Source: an uncultured Gammaproteobacteria bacterium
Lineage (GTDB): Bacteria > Pseudomonadota > Gammaproteobacteria > JAURND01
Assembly (NCBI GenBank): GCA_963714975.1
Contig: CAVQQD010000003.1
Span: 608,001-672,000, forward strand
DNA length: 64,000 bases
Direction: 5' to 3'
Below, piece after piece: positions 1 to 11,166 of the stretch (positions are counted from its first letter, which is position 1; every line of letters starts with the position of its first letter). Made by a program: the position numbers and the translations under genes. Under the pieces are notes generated by a model. That model worked only from the letters and a program-made list of their open reading frames with translations, did not search any database and was not told the DNA's origin.

Positions 1-882
1 AATTTTTGACTTTCTAAGCAGCAAACATTTTGGTGTAGCTGGGTGACTTTTAGCTGTACAGTTGGAGTATTATTGGGCTCTATGGTAGTTGGCTTATTAC
101 ATTATAAATTCTCAGTGACTGAAATTAATGATGGTATTTGGCGCTTGCCTTATTTTTTAGGCATATTATTGGTTGCTGTTGGTATTTACATGAGAAAATT
201 TTTAGGTGAATCCCCTGAATTCCAAAAAATAATTTATTCTAATAAAATAAAAAAAATCCCATTCTTAGTGGCCCTGCAACAATCGCACAGAAAAATGTTA
301 CAAGTCGTGGGGCTCAACGTATTTATAGCTGTATCTTTTTATATCCTTTTTGTTTGGATGCCAATTTACTTACATTTTTTTCAAAAATTTACTCTTAATG
401 AAGCTTTTTTTCTCAACATTAGCACAATGGTAGTATTGGTGATATTAACACCTTGCTGCGGTTATATAGCTGATAAAATAGGGAGAAATAAGATGGCGGT
501 TATGTGTGCCATACTTGTCGCCTCCCTTGTTTATCCAGCATTTCAGATTATAAATACAGGAAGATTTCTAGAAACCCTAATTGCATTAACTGTTCTAGCC
601 ATTTGTTTTAGTTTGATTGAAGGTACTACCGCAGCGATTACCTCTCAACTATTTGATGCTGAATATAGGCTAAGCGGCATAGGTCCATCTTATAATATAT
701 CCATGTCACTTTTTGGAGGAACTGCACCACTGATATGCACCTTCCTCATTACAAAAACTAATTGGTTTTTAGCACCAGCCTTGTATATAGTAATATCAGC
801 ATTAGTAGGGATAACCACAATTATTAGCATTATTTATAACAAACACTACATCTCTGCACCAGAGAGACTTAATGAATATTAG
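1..882 (+). CDS. MFS transporter (ProP/MHS-like), 5' part outside the window
   Basis: Multiple TM helices; WRLPYFLG, LGESPEF, GYIADKIGR and FGGTAP motifs. Confidence 0.85.
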
Positions 883-907
883 TTATATCCTAAATATGTT
901 CATCAGA

Positions 908-1660
908 TCAAGCATAGCGTGCATAGACAATACAGCCACCTAGAATCTCCTCATCAATAGCCTGATATAATTTGGTATACCTGTCCAGCGCCTTGTTGTA
1001 TCCATCTTCACCAAATTGCATTATTAATTCTTCTTTTTGATTGTCAATGAGGTTCAACAAATGCTCATACCATATTTTATATTCAAAACTTAAATCTTTA
1101 ATAGTATGGCAAGTCCAACCAGATTTACGCCCCAAATCGGTTATAGTATCAAATCTTATAGGCAAAAAAGCTTTATCTGGGTTATTTTTAATAATTAATG
1201 GGCAATTTCCATCTAGAGTTAAATCAACATATTCAAATATTATTAGTTCTGATTCTTCCTTAGCTACCGAATGCAACTTTTTTAAGGAATTTAGTTGGTC
1301 TGGAAAAGCATAAAAAGAATTAAATAAACAAAGTAAATCAAATTTCCTATTAGCTAATATTTTATCTACACAAAGGACATCTGTTGTAACAAATTCTATG
1401 CTTGGATATTTTTCTTGGGCATATTCAATTGATTTTTCTTCAATATCGAATCCGGTTACTTTGCCCCAACCCTGTTGCTGGATAAAGTTAGCTGTTCCCC
1501 CTTGGCCACATCCCACATCTAAAATAAGCTTGTTCATATCCTTTTTAAACGGGGTTAAGCATTGAATAATTGCTTCTTCTTCTCCTGCATGAGCATAATC
1601 CGATCCACGCACATTGGCTAGAAGTCTTTTACCTTCATACCAGCGCAATCCTTGTATCAT
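908..1660 (-). CDS. Class I SAM-dependent methyltransferase
   Basis: ILDVGCGQGG motif I, VTGFDI motif II. Confidence 0.85.
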   Translation of the reverse strand: MIQGLRWYEGKRLLANVRGSDYAHAGEEEAIIQCLTPFKKDMNKLILDVGCGQGGTANFIQQQGWGKVTGFDIEEKSIEYAQEKYPSIEFVTTDVLCVDKILANRKFDLLCLFNSFYAFPDQLNSLKKLHSVAKEESELIIFEYVDLTLDGNCPLIIKNNPDKAFLPIRFDTITDLGRKSGWTCHTIKDLSFEYKIWYEHLLNLIDNQKEELIMQFGEDGYNKALDRYTKLYQAIDEEILGGCIVYARYA

Positions 1661-1767
1661 TTGGTTTTCTCCAGAGGATAAAAATAGGGAATTTTAACCT
1701 ATTGAATAATAGTTGGTCAGGTTTATTATAAGCCATCCAATTGGATAAATTATGTACCCAATAACCC

Positions 1768-2208
1768 ATGGACGCCTCTCAAAGAGGTAAAACCCCAAAC
1801 AAGCAAGGAAATGCTACCATGATCAAGACCCCATTAAAATACTCACTATACAACCTATGTATGGATACCATTGAACATCGCGAGAAAAATGCGAAAATTA
1901 ACTTAACTTCAGCCAGTTTTAAGCAAAGATATTATCTTGGGAAAAAATATCCAGAGAAGTATTTTACGCATCGAGAAGCCATGTGCATGTTATACATGCT
2001 GCAAGGATTAAACTACAAACAAATAGCCAATCTCCTTTCGCTTTCTCCAAGGACAGTAGGTTTTTACTGTAGCAACATGCGTATTAAATTGCGGTGTAAA
2101 TCAAAAAAAGAATTGGTCCACGCGATGAGACAATTAGATTTTATGAATTTGATTGCTAATGTAAATCCCTATAATGAGAATTCCTGCTTACTGACGATAT
2201 TAAGTTAA
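1768..2208 (+). CDS. LuxR-family HTH regulator (true start may be 1819 or 1861)
   Basis: FTHREAMCM..LQGLNYKQIANLLSLSPRTVGFY..NMRIKL LuxR HTH. Confidence 0.8.
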   Translation: MDASQRGKTPNKQGNATMIKTPLKYSLYNLCMDTIEHREKNAKINLTSASFKQRYYLGKKYPEKYFTHREAMCMLYMLQGLNYKQIANLLSLSPRTVGFYCSNMRIKLRCKSKKELVHAMRQLDFMNLIANVNPYNENSCLLTILS

Positions 2209-2284
2209 AGTAATACATTTTTATCCACTTAAAGACCACAGGTGGTTTTGACTTTAAGAGCTTTATAATTTTGATTTCTTCCAT

Positions 2285-2758
2285 TTAGTGAGTATCTAAC
2301 GATAATAATTGCTGGTCGATTTTTTTTATCTTTTGCTCAGAAGAACAATCATAATCGACCACAAATCCATAAACAGCTTCCCATAAAGGCAGGTTAGCGT
2401 TTTTAGCATACAGATATAAAGCTTCATATACATGTTTGGGCAATTTCAGCAGCTTTATTTTATTATTCTTGCAATATCGTTTTTGTCTTATGGTCATTAA
2501 GTAGCGTGACCAATCCTTAGGCGAAATGTATGTTTCTAGCCATATTTTTAATTCACGAATAATTTCTAACTTTTCTTCGCGTGATTTTGCTAAACATTGG
2601 CGATCATATAAAGCAATTAAAACGTTTTGAGATTCAAATCTTTTTTGATCAGATATTTCTAGTCGCTCGGCCCGATTATAGTTCTTGAAAATGTTTATAA
2701 AATAATTTAGGCATTCCTGCATGTTGTGCAGGGTAATGTCATTTCTTGGTCTTGGCAT
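2285..2758 (-). CDS. Hypothetical DNA-binding protein with MatP-like helical region and C-terminal ribbon-helix-helix
   Basis: WLETYISPKDWSRYLMTIRQKR resembles MatP [22 protein letters not shown]; followed by RHH-like IKLLKLPKHVYEALYLYAKNANLPLWEAV. Confidence 0.5.
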   Translation of the reverse strand: MPRPRNDITLHNMQECLNYFINIFKNYNRAERLEISDQKRFESQNVLIALYDRQCLAKSREEKLEIIRELKIWLETYISPKDWSRYLMTIRQKRYCKNNKIKLLKLPKHVYEALYLYAKNANLPLWEAVYGFVVDYDCSSEQKIKKIDQQLLSLDTH

Positions 2759-2930
2759 AAAGCTTACTCCAGTTATCGTTAGTATCCAACGATAATATAG
2801 GATAACTCAAAAAAAGGCAATCAGCGTAAGATAACCAAAGTCATCATGCATTGACTTAAAATACATGGTAACCAAAGGTTTACAAAAAATAATCAATTTG
2901 CTGTATTTTGAATACTAGGTTGGGGGCGAA

Positions 2931-3005
2931 GTGTGAAAAAAGCTGTGGGTGATAATATGGGAAACAAGAATGTTTCCCATATTTCATCCATCAGCTTATT
3001 CACAC
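2931..3005. repeat. Long imperfect hairpin with DnaA-box-like nonamers in the stem
   Basis: Perfect core aatatgggaaaca-agaa-tgtttcccatatt; outer arms gtgtgaaaaaagctg / cagcttattcacac. Confidence 0.7.
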
Positions 3006-3061
3006 GCCTCGAAGAGTCGTCCACAACTCCTTATACCTCCTTATACCTCCCTTTTATGACT

Positions 3062-3208
3062 CTATTCTTGAACTACCAAAAAAAACGGCCATCTGGCGCT
3101 GCATGAATCACAGCTACTGTTGCTGCTGGTATGGTGCAAGCAATTCCAAAACCGATTGTTGCTAATGGCAAAATGAGCATGGAGTAGGAAATATCTTCAT
3201 TGACTGAC
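3062..3208 (-). pseudogene. Fragment of a DHA2-type MFS transporter
   Basis: Minus strand reads SYSMLILPLATIGFGIACTIPAATVAVIHAAPDGR; no full-length ORF. Confidence 0.5.
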
Positions 3209-3321
3209 TGCGGGATTTTTGCGGGATTAAGTCCGACATTGTTATACATTTTACGCCAAATTGTAGTGGACGTCCCAGTTAAAGTTATGTAAAATCAATG
3301 GCTTAAGAAGCATAAGCCGGT

Positions 3322-3365
3322 TTCGTAATCAGTAGGTCGGAGGTTCGACTCCTCTCTTCGGCACC
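3322..3365 (+). mobile_element. 3' half of tRNA-Thr(CGT), probable attR of an integrated island
   Basis: ttCGTaatcagtaggtcggaGGTTCGACTCCtctcttcggcacc gives anticodon loop, T-arm and acceptor 3' strand; no D-arm or 5' acceptor upstream; IHF consensus aatcaatggctta (3293-3305) and tandem tgcgggatt (3209, 3220) upstream. Confidence 0.8.
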
Positions 3366-3431
3366 GAAGAATCTTCGATCGCAGGAGCAGATTCGTCTGC
3401 CAACTTGCGTAGGCTGGCCTCCTGAAAGCTA

Positions 3432-3470
3432 CGAGCACGGCGGGTTGCCCGCGCGGCAGGACCCCGTAGG
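3432..3470 (+). repeat. 39-bp GC-rich dispersed hairpin repeat, copy 1 (copy 2 at 40248-40286)
   Basis: 36/39 identical to 40248-40286. Confidence 0.8.
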
Positions 3471-3768
3471 CGGGCGACGGGACTTCAGTTCAGTTTGAGC
3501 TCACGAAAATTTCAAGAGGAAACTGAAAACTATGTAAACGATTTCTTCAATATCATTGATACCGCATGTGGTGATGACGCGCGCAACATAAAATCCTCGA
3601 CGCTAAAAATTTTTGACCCACTTCTGCTAATGAAAATTGACCCACCTTCTTTCCTAAATAAAGCTCCATAGCCTGTTACTGAGCCACTTTTTCCCATCGC
3701 ATTCCTGACACTTGAGGCTCACTATTTCCTCCAGAAAAAAATAGATATTTCTGGGGAGAATAGTATTC

Positions 3769-4197
3769 ATGACAACGATCCAACAAACCTGTGCACACTG
3801 TCGGGAGATATTTGTAATACGGCGCAATCCTGCTCAGCATTACTGCCATCAAAAAGCCTGTCAGCAGGTTAGGAAAAATTTATGGCGTCAAAACCAGCGG
3901 GCTCAGGATGAAGACTATCGAGAAAATCAATGCCGAGCTAATCAACATTGGCGTAAGAAACATCCCGATTATTGGCGACATTATCGACAGACGCACCCTG
4001 GTTATCAGCAACACAACCGTGAATTACAGAATCAGCGTGACCGAAAAAGGCGCGCCAAACAAGCAATGACACCAAATTCCGTGCTTGCAAATAGCGACGC
4101 GTTGCAGGTTGAAATCACTATTATTTCAGATAGTTATAAAAATTCCGCCTGCTTGCAAAGAGACCACCTTATCGCCAATGGGGTTCGAGTGGGTTAG
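3769..4197 (+). CDS. Hypothetical Cys4 (CxxC...CxxxxC) basic helical protein in the IS21 element
   Basis: CAHC...YCHQKAC, then R/Q-rich HPDYWRHYRQTHPGY helices. Confidence 0.7.
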   Translation: MTTIQQTCAHCREIFVIRRNPAQHYCHQKACQQVRKNLWRQNQRAQDEDYRENQCRANQHWRKKHPDYWRHYRQTHPGYQQHNRELQNQRDRKRRAKQAMTPNSVLANSDALQVEITIISDSYKNSACLQRDHLIANGVRVG

Positions 4198-4207
4198 GCT
4201 TTTAGCC

Positions 4208-5115
4208 ATGACTCCAATTTCTCTTTCATCCCAGGCAACGCAAGCATCCTTCGAGGTGGAGTGGCACTGCTTAGATTTGCGTTACGAACATCTACGCCGA
4301 CGTGAACTAAAAGCTCAACAGCGCTTAATGGTTTCCATTAGTATCCATGGGTTGTTGAGGCCGATCTGGTCGTAGCGGCACCCTCTTCCGCACAATGGGC
4401 GGTGATTGATGGATATGCCCGCATTCACGCTATGCGCCAATTAGGCAAAGATATTATCAGAGCCCAAGTCTGTCCGTTGGCAGCTGATGAGGCTTTGATC
4501 TCGCTTTATCAAGTGGGTCAGTCTCGTCCGTGGGAGCCGTTTGAAGAAGCAACGCTGTTGCAAGAATTAATGAATGGGCATCAGTATTCTCAAGCCCAAT
4601 GTGCGCGCAAGCTGGGTAAAAGTGAAGCATGGGTCAGTCATCGCCTTGAGCTGCTGGCCGACCTGCCTGAATGTATTACCCAAGCTATTTACCAGGGCAC
4701 GTTATCCCATTGGGTCGCCAGCCGAGTGCTGGTACCCTTTGCGCGCGCAAATCTCGATCACGCGCAGCAGTTTGTTGCTTACCTCGCCAAACATCGACGT
4801 TCCAGCCGAGAATGCCGAAGTTTTTATGAACACTACATGCAATCGAGTTCTCAAGTGCGCAAACGGATGATCGAGGAGCCGGCTTTGTTTTTTAAAGCGC
4901 AAACCCAGAGCAGTAGCACAACGCCAACGCAGCAATGGCAGCAGCAGTTCTCCCAGATTCAACACGCATTACACAGGCTCACTACTCTGGTGGGCCAGCT
5001 GTTTTATCCTCAGCAACCGGTCGCAGAGCGTACCGCATTGGAGGGACCCCTCCAGCAAACCCTCCTGGCCATCGAACAATTACAAAGCACCTTACGGACA
5101 TTATGTGATGCATAA
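4208..5115 (+). pseudogene. ParB/Spo0J-like protein, split by a 1-bp frameshift near 4366
   Basis: LMVSISIHGLLRPI + (restored VVVAAPSSAQWAV) IDGYARIHA ParB N-domain; HTH SQAQCARKLGKSEAWVSHRLELL. Confidence 0.8.
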
Positions 5116-5269
5116 AGAGCCCACCGGTCAAACGATACAACAACTGCAGCAAGCAGGTCATAGCTTGCGGGAAATCAGTCGCCTGTTAGGCTTATCGCGT
5201 AATAGCGTGCGCAAGCTTTCTCGACAAAAGCAGGCGGAACCAGCAGAACTAATCCATGCTAAGCATGAA

Positions 5270-6980
5270 CCTAAAAACGGCAGTTGAAGGACTTCCTAAC
5301 CGATAAAACTCTGATCAAATATCTTCCAACAAAGTACCTTTTTTTCAATTTTATGTGGGTGCTGATAAACCAAGTGGTGGCTGCAGCGACTTTCCATTTA
5401 AATATTTTCCTACTGCTTGGCTCAAAATTCGATACCAACATTGATCATGTGTTAACTGCTCCGCATCTTTTTTTAATCCTTTAAAAAATTTCACCACGCG
5501 GCTTAATAACATTTGAACTTTATTAATATTTCCATGCGTGCTGCTGATAACAATGTGTGTTTGTCTTGCATGGACAGTTTGTTTTGCCATAGCATGCAAT
5601 AATAAGGGACGACTCGTAATAGCTTCTAAATGTTTGTCAGGTTCTGCCAGGCGAGCAAATATATTCCACCAATTATAAATAAGAGCAACCACGCGCGACA
5701 TAAAGCGGCAACGCTTCATGTCTTGGGTTGTAAACCCGCTCCAACCCCATTGATTTTTCAATTCATCAAATATATTTTCACTGTCCGCACGATCGCGATA
5801 ATGTTGCGCAATAGTCAGTATTTCATCCGGTAATGAAGTAACTAATACAGCGTATTCATAAACATAGGTTTTATCATCAACCTCACCAAAACATATCTCT
5901 AATTGTTTTGTTCCTGCATGTTGTGAAATAAGCATTAAATTTTTTTGTATTTTTTTTCTCAACACGATGACTCGACGCGATCTTTCCCAACCATCTAATT
6001 TCAATAAGGCATCAGTCCCTTCCCAGCCCTGATCAGCAAAATACCAATCTTGACGAACCATTTTTACTTCTTCTATTAAACGCTTTACATTCTTCGTTGA
6101 TTTCAATTTAAATAAATAGGGTATTTGCTTTTCTTCAGCAATTTTCATCACACCATCTGTACCAAAAGCACAATCACCTCGCAAAAATTGAGGCCACTGT
6201 GCACGCGGAATACGATCTAATAATTCCCATAAATCAGGCGCCGAATAACTGGATGCCATTTGATTACCAGGCTGTACTTCAACATCCAGTACTAAACGTA
6301 AATTGGCGATAAAATAGGAATGATAGGTATGAGAAGGGCGGCCAGGTTTTGTTGGATTATAACCCAATACAGCTCCTTCCTGTTTTCCATAAAGTACTTT
6401 AACTGTGGTATCAACATCTAATATCCATGGCACACTCAGCAATGGCACATAACATTTATTTAAATGTTTTTGTAGCCATACTATTCCAGCTTCTTCTTCC
6501 ATTTTTACAAAGCACGCCGGAGTGAATCTTCACTCACTATTTTTTTAATACCCAATAAATCTGGATTTACTCCATCACAACGCAATGTAGTGATATGAGC
6601 ATAGCGACTATGACCTGCTAAAACAGCTAATAACAGCGTACCTAAAATGTCACGATTTGAAGGAGCGTTGGGACTTACTAATTGCAATGGACAATCTTCA
6701 ACCCAAGGGTCAAATAAATTTCCAATCTTTAAAAATTCAATAAAAAATGCCAATTGTCCTAGCGGAGTTACAGCAGCTTGAGGATCCCATTCCACATAGA
6801 TGCGACCACCAAAAGTATCTAGGGCTAATGAGACATTTTTGGCTAATAAATTTTCTTCTTTTAAGTCTTCTGGCAGTTCACCCGTTGGGTGAAGAGGAGC
6901 CGGAGGTAGTTTCATGCGATTTCCCCTGTAATTTTGTTATAAGGGTCGCATTATCTCATAGTTCAACTGCTTTTTTTAGG
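5270..6980 (-). mobile_element. IS1380-family insertion sequence (1711 bp)
   Basis: IRs cctaaaaacggcagttgaa / cctaaaaaaagcagttgaa (17/19); 5-bp DR ATGAA at 5265-5269 and 6981-6985; CC...GG ends. Confidence 0.85.
5351..6915 (-). pseudogene. IS1380-like DDE transposase, frameshifted near 6505
   Basis: LDVDTT, LRGDCAFG and YRDRADSENIFDELK DDE motifs; ORFs 6505-6915 and 5351-6502 are one base out of register. Confidence 0.8.
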
Positions 6981-8850
6981 ATGAAGAGTATGTGCCCTTG
7001 ATTAAAACATTGATCCCGGAGTGCCGGGGTAACTTAGTACGGGTCCATGAACGATTGACCATAGAATATCAGGCCACCCTGGCTTATAGCACGCTGACTT
7101 GGCTGGTTCGTAAATACCAATTGGGATCGCTACCGCAACGGGTGGGGATATACGAATTTGAACCGGGGCAGGAGATGCAACATGATACCTCTCCTCATCA
7201 AGTATTCCTCGGAGGTCAATGGGTCAAAGCCCAATGTGCTTCGCTCATCTTGGCATTCAGTCGTCAACTGTTTATCCAATATTACCCTTGTTTTACACGC
7301 TTTGAAGCTAAATTTTTTTTGCAGCAAGCCTTATCTTTCATGCAAGGCAGTTGCCGCCGCATGATCATTGACAATACCAGTGTTATTTTATCGGGTGGCG
7401 CTGGCGCGTTCGCCAAGATTGCCCAGGACATGCAATTTTTTAGCCGTTTTTATCGCTTTGAATTTATCGCCCATGCCGTGAATAATCCCAATCGCAAAGG
7501 GCGCATTGAAAGGCCATTTTCCTATGCGGAAAACAATTTTCTAGCAGGGCGTACCTTCGCAGACTGGGAAGATTTAAACCACCAAGCACGTGCATGGTGC
7601 GACACCGTCGCCAATCAAAAACCGAAACGATGTCTGGGAATGGTGGCGCCACAAATAATCTATATCCAGGAAAAACCTTATTTACAACCATTACCTGCGG
7701 TGGCGTTACCGATTTACGAACACCAACAACGTATTGTCGACACTCAAGGTTATGTCAATTGGAATACTAATCGTTATTCAGTACCGGAATCCCATATAGG
7801 CCATACTGTGGACGTTTATCAGTATTTAGATAAGTTGGAAATTTATTATCACCATCGGATCATTGCAAGCCATGAAAGATTGCTAGGCGTACAGCACCAG
7901 CGGTCTATCCAAAAAGGCCATCATGTCCTGTTGCATCGTCGCGCAAATCGCATGGCGCAATGTGAGGCCGAGAAACAATTAACCGGGATAGATGCCCTTT
8001 TAGATGACTATCTCACTGGCATGAGATCGCAGGTTCGTGGCCGTGGCGCTTGGGCATTCAGGCGCCTACTCCATCTCCAACGCCTCTATCCCAAAGAACC
8101 TTTTTTAATGGCCATCCGACAAGCCAAACAGTATGGGCTTTATGATCTTGTTCGTCTTGAAAAGCTCATCATTCGCTGTGTGGCCGGAGAATTTTTTAAT
8201 TTATCAAATGAGGAATCCTGTCGATGTTAGAACAGCTTCAACAACTTACCGATCAACTGAAGTTACGAGGTATGGCAGCCCATCTTGCACCCGCCATTGA
8301 GGCCGCACAGAAAAATCAAACAGCATTCCAAGAGATTTTACTCCAACTCCTGGAGGCTGAAGCACTGGATCGCCAAACCCGAGCCTTGGCCAGTCGTACA
8401 CGAAAAGCCAAAATGCCGTGGACCTGGACCTTAGATACCTTTCCCTTTCAGCAACAACCTGGCGTGAGTAAAACCCAAGTACTCTCGCTAGCAAAACTCG
8501 ATTTTATTAAGGGCAATGAAAATATTGTATTTATCGGCAAACCGGGTGTGGGGAAAACTGGTTTAGCCCTTGGGTTACTCAAGGCGGCACTACAACAAGG
8601 ATATCGATGTCGGTTCTACTCTGCCTTAGATTTATTGAATGATCTGTATGCCTCTTTAGCAGACCGAAGCACTTCCAGCTTACTCAAAAGCGTGGCGAAA
8701 TATGATTTATTAGTGATTGATTAATGTTGACACCTCATTAATGTGGAGTAGTTTTCATATCTATTTGAAAATAAAAAATTTATTTCTATATCGCTCCACA
8801 TTAATAATAGTAATAGCATTGGAATTCTCATTTCAACAAAGGAGATTCTA

Positions 8851-10107
8851 ATGCTTAAAAATTTTTTCCCAAAAGCTTATCAACGCTATTTGTCTTTACC
8901 CGTGTTGGGGCCAATACTGGATGAATTTACAATATTTCTCACCCAATTAGGTTATCCCCGTCATGTAGTACGTGCTCGTTTCTATGTAATTCCAGCAATT
9001 GATCAACATCTGCGAACACGCAAATGTTATTCAATCCAAGATATTACTCGAGACGCACTGCTAGCTTGTGCACCGCCGCTAGGTCATTCCCAAGAAGATA
9101 TCCATTCGGCTGCCACAGTAAACTTATTAGAACGCTATTTTGATGAAAAAAGAGTACTCCTTCCGCCGGAACCACTTAGTCCCATCGAAGAAAAAGTGAA
9201 TGAATATCGTCGTTATTTGCAACAAGTACGCGGGTTTTCACCTTCGACTACCAAGCATCACTGCTTCACAATATCACAATTTCTGGTTCGTTTTAATAAG
9301 TGTGGAGGATTATCCTATCTGGCAAAATTAACATTACAAGACATCGAAGATTTTATACGTGATCGTGGTAATAAATTAAAACGAACTTCATTACAACATA
9401 CCATTGCTCATCTTCGAGCATTTCTGCGTTTCCTTATCATATACGGTGAAGTTCCAAGAGGGCTGGATAGTCAAATCGATACGCCACGTATTTATCGTGA
9501 AGAACAATTCCCTCGTTCTCTTGACTGGGAAATTGTATGTTCTCTTTTAGCAATCCATCGATCAATCAACACCAATAGGAAAGCGAGATTATGCAATACT
9601 GTTACTTATCACAACCTACGGATTACGGGCAAGTGAAATTGTTTCTTTAAAATTAGAAGATATTGATTGGAGAAAAAATCACTATATAAATATTTCAACG
9701 TAAAACAAGTACACAACTTATACTACCACTAACTGAACAATGTAGGGGAGAGTATTTTAGATCATACCTTCGTCAAGGACGTCCTTCTGTTCCTTTTCGA
9801 GAGATATTTGTTCGGCACCGTGCACCCTCCGGGTACCTTAAAATCTAGCTGCAGTAACATGAGGCTTTTCAGTGTATCGGTCTAGACGATAGCAATCTAT
9901 CCATTTCATTTCAAAGGTACTCATTGTCTTCGCCATTCCTATGCAGTTCATTTACTTCGACAAGGCACATCGCTTAAAGACAATCGGCAGATACTATTAG
10001 GTCATCGTAAATTTTGAAAGTACTTGTGTTTATTTGCGATTGAATATAGAAGATCTCCGTAAAGAATTCCACTTAAGTATCTACCAAGTTTATCTACTAT
10101 TAAATGA
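8851..10107 (+). pseudogene. RIT tyrosine recombinase A, frameshifted (end approximate)
   Basis: Shifted-frame RDYAILLLITTYGLRASEI and HCLRHSYAVHLLRQG motifs. Confidence 0.75.
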
Positions 10108-10119
10108 AGGAGTTTAATC

Positions 10120-11139
10120 ATGAAAAACATAGACTATTCTTTTATCGTCTCCAATGGGTTTAATCATTATACATTATCTTAATCTCAAGCAATGTCTCTC
10201 GGTCGCCAGTATGTAGAAGTGAACGTGAGAATTTTCTAAAATCCTTGATAAATTCTTATGCGATACTAAGCAAAGTGATCTTGCAGTAGAAAGTTTTACT
10301 GCATGGTGCTATGACCCTGCAACAAATAAATGCATCAGGGGTTCGACGTAATCATATGCGTGCATGTGCGTAATCTATGTCTTTATCGTCAACGAACAGA
10401 ACCTACTTGTTTTATTCCAGATACATCTACAATTTCCAGCCGCTACATCAAACTATTCAACCACATATTTTCACTGAAGACTGAAATTATTCAGACTATT
10501 CAATGCGATAAAAGAACTTGAATCCTGCGTGCAGATCACCTTATGACGGCAAGAAAATTTTAGGCTTGGCATCTCGTATTACTTTATACGAGCAGGATTG
10601 CGGCAGTGGAGAGCTGAGTAAAATTAACAATTAGGAGATTATAACTGCCGTTAACCATACTATACTAATTCGCGCATCTAAGTTTCACAAATCGCGTCTG
10701 ATTCCTTTGTCAGCAGGATGGATGGAATGAAATAGAAACGATTATCTAAAAATACGACAGCGCCATATTAAGTTTCCTGTCTCGAAGGAATCTTCCATTA
10801 CATTTGGAATAATCGCATAATAATAAAGCATGGGATCATTATAGCAGGCACGACGGACTGTGATATAATCTTCCACTCTCTTTTTCAAATGCCAATATTC
10901 GTACAGTCGATGGAGATCAACCACCGCGTTAAATGATTTTAGACATTCTTTTGCGGTACTTGGCACTCTCTGAACGTTGGTATGAAGAAGGCGAAAATGT
11001 GCAAGCAAAATTGCCCATACTATCTACTTACATGGGACATTTTTCTATCCTATCAACACAGTATTACTTGCGCTACATCGAAGAAGTGGTAAGTACTGCC
11101 AGTAAACGTTTTGAAAAGCATTATGGGTCACTAGTATAA
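10120..11139 (+). pseudogene. RIT tyrosine recombinase B, heavily frameshifted
   Basis: KFHKSRLIPLS, DFRHSFAV and RWYEEGENVQAKLPILSTYMGH..STQYYL fragments. Confidence 0.75.
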
Positions 11140-11166
11140 TATGAATTAAATATGCGAGATGGTAAT

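Larger units (their letters stand above)
5105..8230 (+). pseudogene. istA: IS21 transposase IstA interrupted by an IS at 5270-6980
   Basis: N-terminal HTH (GHSLREISRLLGLSRNSVRK); DDE motifs QHDTS, IIDNTS, KGRIER; removing the insert and one ATGAA rejoins KHE|EYVPLIK in frame. Confidence 0.9.

Noticed and set aside
3027-3050. ctccttatac tandem repeat as iterons
   Set aside because: Only about 2.4 copies of a 10-mer and no Rep gene nearby
3290-3365. Intact tRNA-Thr gene
   Set aside because: No 5' acceptor strand or D-arm, and the 5' anticodon stem does not pair; only the 3' half is present
4360-4402. Programmed ribosomal frameshift in the parB-like gene
   Set aside because: No slippery sequence; a single missing base explains it
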